The notes beneath the pieces are model-generated. The model saw nothing but the letters and a program-made list of their open reading frames with translations, made no database searches and was not told where the DNA came from. A stretch of DNA of 64,000 nucleotides from Vicugna vicugna (taxonomy: Eukaryota): NCBI GenBank assembly GCA_013265495.1, contig MU058037.1, positions 745,498-809,497 of the forward strand, written 5' to 3'. Below are positions 54,286 to 64,000 of this stretch, piece after piece. A program made the translations under genes and the position numbers. How positions within the stretch are numbered: the stretch's first letter is position 1; each line of letters opens with the position of its first letter.

Positions 54286-55149
54286 ATTATTTAAAAAATT
54301 TTTCACCAAAGGTGATACCCACACTATCCTGTGTATTTGAAGTTCACATGGGTAATATAAGCTCTTACTGGAAAATAATTTGACAAGCAAATCTCTTTAC
54401 AAACAAAAGAATGAAAGCTCAACAAGGAAGTTTATCAATTAAAACATACATCAGAGCGCAGTCTAATCTTACATAAGATGTTTGCTTCATCCTGATTAGT
54501 TACCTAGTCAAGGCTATTTCTTAGTTTACCAGGATATAAATTCACTTTTAACATCACAGGTACTTGCAGATCCCATCTCAATAATTGATGTTTGGTATTT
54601 TAGGTCAGAGTGAGTAGTTTTGTTTTTCTCTAATTAAAGCTGATTTATTAAAGAGATACTTGTTTCCATTTTCCTATTTTTTTTCTCAAAAGGAGCATTT
54701 CCACATGCACCCTCCCCCCTTTATTGCTTTCAAGTACCATCTTTCTTACATTTGACTCTGCAGTGTATCTGTAAAAAATCAAACTATGGATACCTTCTGC
54801 ATTATTTTAAATATATGCATAATTTTTTTCTCAGTTAAAGGAACTTCTCTTTTATAGCCATGATTATTAAGAGCACACACCTAGTATTTAGAATTATTTG
54901 AATAATGAATACTAAGTAGAAAAAGGTATATCATTTTTGATGTTAGTTAATCTTTTTTTGACACTTACCTACAACCTAAAATGGAAGATGGGTATAGTAA
55001 GTAGTAAATATCAGGGTAATTTTTTAAAGTTCAATTATGTCAGTGGTTGTTATTTTCATCTCTGTCAACAAAAGAGTCTTAACTTGCAGTCAGTACCTTA
55101 AAACTAACCCTTGATTTTGTTTTGAGATGGTCTAGGTTAAATCTTATTT

Positions 55150-55760
55150 GTGATGTCAGTGTCCTCCAGCCAAAGACCACCAGAAACACACCTATAGTTG
55201 AACAAAGTTGGGCTTCTTAGCTATTATAACAGAAAAGACAGTACATCATGAGGATGTAGTGACAAGACAGAAAATGAGGCATCTCAACAAGAGGGTATCA
55301 GAAGGGACCTTTCATAGGATATGGGCTTCTGTTCGGTGATGTTGGAGGTAGGCTCAAGGAAGCAGAGTTTTCCTATGGATTGCTCGCTCTCAGAAGACAA
55401 GGGAAATTTTATGTTTCTGATCTTAATGATTTTTATCTTTGAGGTGGGCATTCTAAATGATAAACTTGGGACTAGTAGGAAATAAATACAAATTTACTTT
55501 TATAGCTGGAACATGATACATGAAACTAAGAGCAAGGAGCTCTTAGTGAGAGTGGCAGGTATCTCACAGGGAAAACAAAGATTTATGACTGGAGAGTATG
55601 AAACTCTGGTATTGAGTCATTGGTTGGAAGGACTTGGTATGGTTCCATCCAGTGCAATTGCAGTGATATCCTGTCTGCTGAATCTTGAATTGTATCCAGT
55701 CTCTGAGCTGTAGCCCAGTAGCATCTATTCTTCCAGCCATGAATTGAATGCCTTGTCACA
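55150..55760 (-). mobile_element. ERVL-class solo LTR (MER76-like)
   Basis: 'gaccaccagaaacacacctatagttgaacaaagttggg...caagagggtatcagaagggac'. Confidence 0.55.
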
Positions 55761-56984
55761 AGCCATTAATATTTGTGATAATTGCAAAAATGCCATCTAA
55801 TGTATGAGTATTTTCCAAGTAGATGGCTGCTGCATTGCAGCAGAAAATCTTACGATCATATTTATTAACATTAATTTCTCTGTTGATTATATATCTCATG
55901 CTCAGAAGCACTACTGACTATAATTATTATTTTCTTTTCACGCTCCAATGCCACAGTTTGACCACTGGGAACGCCTTTAGGTTGGCTCCCTTTACTACTA
56001 CCCCAGAACTTTTGAAAGCATTCTTGCTTTCTTACAACAAAATAATCTAGACTCAACCTTATTTTTTCTAACATACTACTAGAGTTTACTAAAGATTTTC
56101 ATTCATACTTTACTAATAAATCTAACTGTTACATATGATGCTAAGTATATAGGCTGGTGGAATGCCACCAAATTCCAGAAAGGCGATTTGTAATCAGTGA
56201 GTTTGTCATCAGTGTTGTCTTCATTTGATTGTGGTTTTCAATTACTCTAATCCTTGTAGTTTAATTACAAATACTGTCAATTTAGCTCCATTATTAATTT
56301 ATCTTGGGAATGGTTGTTTGTTCACTTTACAGTGAGAAGGGATACAGTTTAGCATCAACAATATTTTTGATGTATAATTTTCTAATAACTAGATGTGTGT
56401 GCACTGAAGTTCAAATATGAGTCTCAGTTTTTGAGCAGCTGGATTCCTGAACTTCAAAAATGTTTAAGGACCTAAAAATCATACTTAAAAACTCATATTT
56501 TTTGGAAAATTAATAAGTGACTCATGTTGCCAACAACAGTTTTACTACGAATTGTTTGTTTTGTTTCCCTACAGTTTTTGATTATCATGGTTGTCATTGT
56601 CAGTATCATCATCATTTTTCCTTTAGAAAGTACAAACAAGTAATAAAGATGGTTCATAGACAAAAATTTTAAAACTGCTTAGTGAAGTCTCTCAAATGGA
56701 ACTCCTGTTAAAAATACCAGAGTATGTTAGGTGATTTTATTTTACAAAATATTCATATCACTTCCCCACCAGCAATCCTGATAGACTAGGCATGTGCATT
56801 ACAAAAACTGCCACCTCACCTTTCTTTCCTACCTACCCAACCTTGAGAATCACCGCTCTTCTAGGTCTCTAGTCCCTAAAGGTTATGAATGGATGTTGCT
56901 CAGCGGGAGCAAAGACTCAGCCCCTTGTGGACTTTTATGTGTCTATATATTCAAGATTACAGTGGTATTGGCTCCCTTTTATCC

Positions 56985-57553
56985 TGTAGTATGAGCTATT
57001 GGACATAGAAACAATAATAAGATCTCAGGGTATATACACAATTTTCATTTCTTTCATTTTTGATCTACAGACTCCAGCTGGGCTTACTCACAGATCACTC
57101 ATCTGTTGTTGCGTTGGGTGGCTTGTTGAATTCAACTAGGTGATCTCATGTGTGTAAAGGTCAATAGGTCAGCTGCAGTTTGACTGAGTAAGGATATGGT
57201 GTCTTTGGCAGCTCCACTTCACATTGCAGGTCTGTGATTTGGCTACAGATATTTCTGATCCTCCTCGTCGGAACACTAGCCAGCTGTTCCAAGGGTGCAA
57301 CCAGGGTATGGCCTCCTTACAGCAATGGTAGAGGCACAAAAGTCCTCCTGAGGCCTAGGATTGGAACTGGCAGGCCATTGTTTCCTTCTCATTCTGTTGA
57401 CCAAAGCAAGTCATACAACCAAATCCAAACTCAAAGAGTAAGGAAATATAATTTGACTCTTTGAGGGGAGGAGCTACAAAGTTATGTATCAAAGGGCATG
57501 AATAGAGGAAGGAAGACAGTGAAGAGCTGGGACAAATAATGACATCTACCACA
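56985..57553 (-). mobile_element. MaLR MLT1-like solo LTR
   Basis: 'ctgaggcctaggattggaactggca...cattctgttgaccaaagcaagtcata'. Ends 'catctaccaca'. Confidence 0.8.
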
Positions 57554-57689
57554 TATCTCTTGCATTTCTGAGTATAACAGATGTAATTCACATGAAAAAG
57601 TCCCACAGGAATAATTCCTAACCTGATTCAGAAGCCAGCCATCTCAATCAGGAAGGAAAGATACTGAAGTGATTAAAGGCCGAGGGTTT

Positions 57690-57900
57690 ACTAACAGCCA
57701 GTCTAGGACTTGAATAGTTGCTTTACCCACTTACTAATCAGGTAACTTTGAGCAAGTTGATTTCTCTGAGGAATATAGTCTTTCCAGCCAAACAATGACA
57801 AATGTTGTAACACCTAACTCTAGGACTTGTTTTAGGATCAAATGAGGTAATGCTTGAAAGTTGTTTAGCACAACCACATGTAGTTGGTAAGAATTCAAAA
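57690..57900 (+). mobile_element. MIR SINE
   Basis: 'ccacttactaatcaggtaactttgagcaagtt...aggatcaaatgaggtaatgc...ttagcaca'. Confidence 0.7.
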
Positions 57901-58097
57901 TATCATATGTATAATTATTTTTCTTTCTCTCCCTCTCTTTATTAATCTCTCTCTCTTATTTTCTTCTTCTCCCTCCCTCTTTTTTCCCCTTTTCCAACTC
58001 TTTCTTTAGGATTTACTTCCTGATTATTATACTCATTCTTCAGTCAGCTCACTTTACATGAAATATATTCGTCAAGATCTCATTAAAGCATTTTTCT

Positions 58098-58624
58098 GTT
58101 TTCCCCAGTTTTATTATAATTGACATACACCACTGTGTAAGTTTAAAGTGTACATCATAATGGTTTCACTTAATGTATTGTGAAATGATTACTGCAATAA
58201 GTTTAGTTAGTATCCATCGTCTCCTATAGATACAATATAAAAAGCAAAGAAGACATTTTTTTGCCTTTTGATGAGCACTCTTAGAATATACTCACTCAAC
58301 AACTTTCCTCTATCTCATACAGCAGAATTAACTATAATTATCATAATGTACATTACATCTCTAGTACTTACTTATCTTATAACTGGAAGTTTGTACCTTT
58401 TGCCCACCTTCCTTTAATTACCCTTCACCTCACCCCCTGCATCTGGTTAGCACAAATCTGATCTCTTTTCCTATGTTTTTTTTTTGGTTCCACATATAAG
58501 TGAGATCATATAGTGTTTGTCTTTCTTTGTCTGGCTTAATTCATTTAGGGTAGTGCCCTCAAGGAACATCCACGTTGCTGCAGATGGCATTATTTCATTC
58601 TTTTTTATGGCCGAGTAATATTCC

Positions 58625-58658
<34 letters not shown>

Positions 58659-61600
58659 TTATATATATATATTTATATACCACAACCTCTTTATCCATTC
58701 ATATGTTGATAGACACTTAGGTTGTTTCCATGTCTAGGCTATTGTAAATAAGACCACTATGAACATAGTAGTGCCAGCATCTTTTCAAGTTAGTGTTACT
58801 GTTTCCTATGGATATGTTCCCAGAAGTGGAATTATTTCTGGATCATAGGGTAATTCTATTTTTATTTTTTGAGAAACTTCCATGATGTGGGTTTACTAGT
58901 TTATAATCTCACCAACAGTGTACAGGAGTTGCATTTTCTCCACATGCTCACCAGCATTTGTTATTGCTTGTCTTTTTAAATGATAGCCATTGTAACAGGC
59001 TTAGGTAATATCTCATTACAGTTTATGATTTGCATTTCCCTAATGATTAGTGATGTTGAGCAATTATTTGTGTATCTGTTGGCTATTTGTATATCTTTTT
59101 GGAAAACTGTTTGAGTTATTTGCCCATTTGTTAATTGGATTATTTGCTTTTTTGCTTTTGAGTTGTATGAGTTCTTCATAAACTTTAGGTATTAACCCCT
59201 TATCAGATAGATAGTTTGTAAAGTTTTTTCCCATTTTATAGGTTGGCTTTTCGTTTTGGTGATTGCTTCTTTTGCTGTCCAGAAGCTTTTTGTTTGCTGT
59301 AGTCTCAGTTGTTTTTTATTTTGTTGCTTGTGCTTTAGGTGTCATATCCAAAAAATAATTGCCAAGACCCGTGTAAAGAAATTTTTTCCTCATATATTTT
59401 CCTTTAGGATTTTCTTGATTTCGGATCTTACATTTTAGTCTTTAATCCATTTCAAAATAATTTTGTGAGTGGTGCAAGATAAGGGTCTAGTTTTATTCTT
59501 GACATGTGAATATCCAATTTTCCCAGCACCATTTATTGGGAAGACTGTCTTTTGTCCATTAAGTATTTTTGACTCCCTTGTCAATTATTAGTTGTAGACC
59601 ATTAGAGCATGTATATGTGAATTTATTTCTGGACTCTCAATTCTGTTTCATTGGTCTTTCTGTCTGTTTTATGCCAGTACCAGCCTGTTTTGGTTACTAT
59701 AACTTTGTAGTATAGTTTGAAATCAGGAAGTGTGATGCCCCCCACTTAGTTCTTCTTTCTCAGGATTGCTTTGGCTATTTGGGGTCTTTTGTAATTCCAT
59801 ATTAATTTTAATTTTAATATTGTATTTCTGCATCTGTTAAGAAATGACATTGGAATCTTCATAGGGATTACATTGAATCTATAGACGGCTTTTGGTAGTA
59901 TAGACATTTTAACAATATTAATTCTTCTAATCCTTGAAACAAGATACCATTTATTTGTGTCTTCTTCAGTTTCTTTCATCAGTGTCTTGTAGTTTTCAGA
60001 ATACAGATCTTTCACCTCCTTGGCTGAATGTGTTCCTAAATATTTTATTGTTTTTGATGCTAGTATAAATGGGATTGTTTTCTTTATTTCTTTTTCATAA
60101 AATCTGTTGTTAGTGTGTAGAAACTCTATTGATTTTTGTATGTTAATTTTGTATCCTGCACGTTTACTGAAGTAGTTGACTAAATCTAACAGTTTTTTGG
60201 TGGAGTGTTTAGGATTTTCTATATATAAAATCATGTTATCTGCAAGTAGAAACATTTTTACTTCTTCTTTCCAATTCTGCTGTCTTTTTTTTTTTCTTGC
60301 CTGATTTCTCTGGGAAGGAATTCCATTACCATGTTGAATAGGTGAGCTTGGACACCCTTCTCTTATTCCTGATCTTAGGGGCAGAGCTTTCAACGTTTTC
60401 AATGTTTCACCAGTGAATATGTTAGTTGTGGGCTTATCATTTAATACCCTTACTATGTTGAAGTACATTTTTTGTATACATGATTTGTTAAGAGTTTTTA
60501 TCATAAATGGATGTTGAATTTTGTCAAATGCTTTTTCTGCATCTTTTGAGCTGATCATATGATTTTTTTTTCCTTTTAATGTATTAATCTGATGTATCAC
60601 ATTGATTGATTTGCCTAAGTTGAACCATCCTTGCATCCCAGGGATAAATCCCACTTGATCATAGTGAATGATTCTTTTAATGTGCTGCTAAATTTTGTTT
60701 ACTAGTATTTTATTGAGAATTTTTACATCTATATTCATCAGGGATGTTGGTCTATAGTTATCTTTTCTGGTAGCATTTTTTTTCTGGCTTTGATATCAGG
60801 GTAATTCTGATCTCATAAAATAAGTTTGGGAGTGCTCCCCCCCCCTTTGGTTTTTAACAAGCATTCATGAAGGGTCGGTGTTAATTCTTCTTTAAATGTT
60901 TGGTAAAATTCACCTGTAAAGCCATTTGGTCCTGAAATTTTCTTCATTGGGAGATTCTTGATTACTGCATCAATTTCCATAGTAGTAACTGATCTATTCA
61001 GACTTTATAATTCTTCCTGATTTAGTCTTTATAGATTGTATGTTTCTAAGAATTTTTCCATTTGTCTTGGTTGTCCAGCTTGTTGATGTATATTTGTTCA
61101 TAGTAGCCTTGTATGATCCTTTGTAGTTCTGTGGTATCAATTGTAATGTTTCCTTTTTCATTTATATTTTTGTTGATTTGAGTCTCTTTGGTTAGTCTAG
61201 CTGAAGTTTTCTCAATTTTGCGTATCTTTTCTAAGAGTCAACTCTTAATTTAGTTAATCTTTTCTGTTGTTTTTTCTGTGCTCTATTTTATTTATGCTCT
61301 AATCTTTATTTCCTTCCTTCTGCTAACTTTGGGCACAGTTTGTTCTTTCTAGTTCCTTAAGACATAGATTGTTTATTTGGGATCTTTCTTGCTTCTTAAT
61401 GTAGGTGTTTATTGCTATGAACTTCCCTCTGAGGACTGCTTTTGCTTTATCCCATAAGTTTTAGTATGTTGTACTTCTATTTTCATTTATCTCAAGATAC
61501 TTTTTTCCCATTTAATTTCTTCTTTAATCTATTGTTTGTTCAGGAAAGTATTATTTAATTTCCATGTATTTGTGCATTTTCCAGTTTTCCTAATGTTACT

Positions 61601-63441
61601 ATTTTTGTTCAATACCATTGTAGTCAGAGAAGATACTTGGTATGATATCAGTCTTCTTGGATTTGCTAAGATGTGTTTTGTGGCCTAACATATGATCTAT
61701 CTTAGAAACTATTCCACGTGCACTTGTGAAGAATGTATATCTGTCATTGGATGGAGTGTTCTGTATATGTATGTTAGGCCATTTGACATATAGTGGTTTT
61801 TTTGCTGTTTCCTTATTGAGTCACTGTTTGCATAATCTGTTGTTGACAGTGGGGTATTAAATAAAGTCCCCAGCTGTTATTGTATTGCTGCTTATTTCTC
61901 CATTTAGCTCTGTTTCTTTTTCCTTTATGTATTTAGGTGCTCCAGTGTTGGGCACAGAAGTATTTACAAGTGTTAACATCTTCTTGATGCATTGATCCCT
62001 TTATCATTATATAATGACCTTCTTTGTCTCTTTTTACCATTTTTAATTTAAATTCTATTTTGTCTGATATAAGTATAGATACTCCTACTTTTTATTTGGA
62101 TACCACTTACTTCAAATACCTTTTTCCATCTCTTCACTCTCAGTCTACGTGTCTTCAAAGCTAAAGTGAGTTTCTTGTAGGCAGCATTTCTTTGTATCTT
62201 GTTTTTTTGTGTGTTTGGTTTTTTATCCATTTAGCCATTTTACGGCTCTTGATCAGAGAATACAATCCATTTTTGTTTAATTATTGATAAATAAGGATTA
62301 TTGTTGTTTTCTGATTACTTTTTAGATCCATTGTTCCTTGCTTCATATCCCACTAACTCTTGTGTTTTGATATATTGAGGCAACTATTCAAGCTCTGAGG
62401 TGAGTTAAGAGGTTGCCACTGGCTGAGAACAGCTAGGTAGGACTGATAGCTTGGTTCCCTCCCTAAATAAGGCTGTAGGATGGGCTCCACTGTTGGATTC
62501 TCTGATCAGGCTTACTAGGCATTCAGGACTAGGTACTATACTGAGCAACAGGTGGGACCTTGCATTAGCTTTCCTGTCCAGGCAGGGCAGCAAGATAGGA
62601 CTTGCTTAGAGAAGCAGCTCCAAAGCCACTAAGGCTCTTTGTTTGTGGTCTTGATTCCAGCTGACTCATGCCTCAGGTTCCCTGGCCAAACAGGGCCAGT
62701 GGCTTTGCTCTGAGGGTGATCAGCTCTGTCCACCTGCTTCTCAGCTTGAGCGTTGTTGGGTTATGCAGCTTCCAGGTGTTCTCACCAGCCCTTTGTGTCG
62801 GCAGGTGTGGCTGTGACTCACCTCTTCTGCCTGGGTGTGAACAGACCAGGTTCCAGGGCTGGCAGAACTCCTTTGAGGGCCCAAATCAGGCAGACCTGCA
62901 GCCCACTGAGTTCCCTGGTCAGACTGCACCACCAACTTGGTTCTGCAGATGAACAAAGCTACTGACGGGGACTACTACTTGGCTCTGCGGGTAGAAACTT
63001 AGTCTACCAAGATCTGAGTGTAAACCACTCCTCCCTTCCCTGTCATGATGAGATTCCTAGTAGTTGGGTCCTACAGATTCCCCCTCTGATCCCTGTGGGG
63101 CAAAACCAAACTAGGGGTTCCCATGAAGTAACCCACAATGCTGAGGGGGCTGGATTTCACCCCTGGGCTTTTCTCACTGGAGGAGCCAGAGGTTCAAGGG
63201 AGACCTCTCCAGGTGGTGCTGCTCTGGCCTTGGGGGAGGTGCAGTGTGATCAGCATATAGCCACTTCTCTTAACTTTCTAATGCACTCTGCCTTGGTTTC
63301 TGGGGTGCAGGGGTGCTTCAGCCTCACTCCCACATTCTAGGATTCTCTCTGTGTTATCCATGAATAGTTGTTAGTTGTTGTTCTTGGGAGGGGAGCTAAG
63401 TCAGGAGTGACCTGTCACCATCTTGGTGGTGTCACTCTCTG
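58098..63441 (-). mobile_element. L1 (L1MA-like) retaining both termini and decayed ORF2; ORF1 apparently missing
   Basis: Imperfect TSD aagcatttttct (58086-58097) and aagtatttttct (63442-63453). Minus-strand 5' start 'agagtgacaccaccaagatggtg' resembles the L1 YY1-site terminus. GC-rich 5' UTR ~62400-63440. Confidence 0.9.
59746..60654 (-). pseudogene. Decayed L1 ORF2 reverse-transcriptase segment (302 aa open stretch)
   Basis: '[11 protein letters not shown]', '[14 protein letters not shown]', 'LADNMILY' (the catalytic FADD motif is mutated) and 'IKYLG'. Confidence 0.95.
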
Positions 63442-63837
63442 AAGTATTTTTCTTAAAAAGATACTTTTTAAAAGAGAACTAAAAATAATTTCCTAGGTTT
63501 GACCCCCGAGTCTGAACAATACTTCTTGAACAAAACTAAACATAAAGCAGTTCACTTAAAGGTACTGAAAAAAAGTCATGGGGTCTCTAAGTTCAGAATA
63601 GCTTACATTTTGCTGTAAAGGAAATACTGATTTTCTGTATTTCCAACCATGACCTTGCCTTTGTGGTAACCATGGAAACTGCCTAAGTTGTGAGGCCTTG
63701 GTAAAGCCAACATGGCAGATTCATACTAAATTAGCTGGAGTAAATGACAAGGGGGGTGTAATCAGCATAACTGTTTATGTCCCTTGACTATCTAGTAGTT
63801 AGTGATCTCTGAGGCATTTCTTAACATCTTCCTCTGA

Positions 63838-64000
63838 TCCAGGAGTCCTCAAGCTTGGCTGCATGTTAGAATCTCATGAAAACTTTTAAAAATGCCAAGG
63901 GCCCATCTGTAGAGATACTGCTTTAATGTAGGTGAAACGTAGGCATCAGTATTTTTAAAAATCCCCAGATGATTCTAATGTGTAGCTGGGGTTGAGAACC
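63838..64000. mobile_element. MER5-family MITE (runs to the window edge)
   Basis: 'ctcaagcttggctgcatgttagaatc...ccccagatgattctaatgtgtagctggggttgagaacc'. Confidence 0.8.

Noticed and set aside
59746..60654. Longest ORF (302 aa) as a functional or domesticated reverse transcriptase
   Set aside because: The catalytic motif is mutated (LADN), an out-of-frame stretch lies in the middle, and flanking ORF2 is frameshifted. It is an ordinary decayed L1.

Overview
AT-rich mammalian genomic DNA dominated by interspersed repeats, with no protein-coding gene I can support. It carries many LINE-1 copies of different ages, mostly on the minus strand, plus MIR, L2, MaLR/ERVL/ERV1 solo LTRs and hAT-Charlie MITEs. 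The young L1 3' ends and the absence of Alu, B1, Bov-tA or PRE1 SINEs suggest an artiodactyl, probably a camelid (inference). All recognisable ORFs are L1 ORF2 remnants. Structure not explained by ordinary repeats: (1) a ~2.9 kb GC-rich, degenerate tandem array at 22.2-25.1 kb of ~24 monomers of ~125 bp, alternating A/B into ~250 bp dimers and CpG-rich in its right half; (2) a 1,022 bp block that appears identical between two otherwise diverged, independently inserted L1s 13,008 bp apart; (3) a near-perfect 160 bp inverted duplication inside an ancient L1; (4) a recent ~243 bp tandem duplication in unique DNA; (5) a TE-poor block with clustered MEIS/TALE motifs. Repeat family names are from recognition, not a database search. 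Boundaries without a TSD are approximate.
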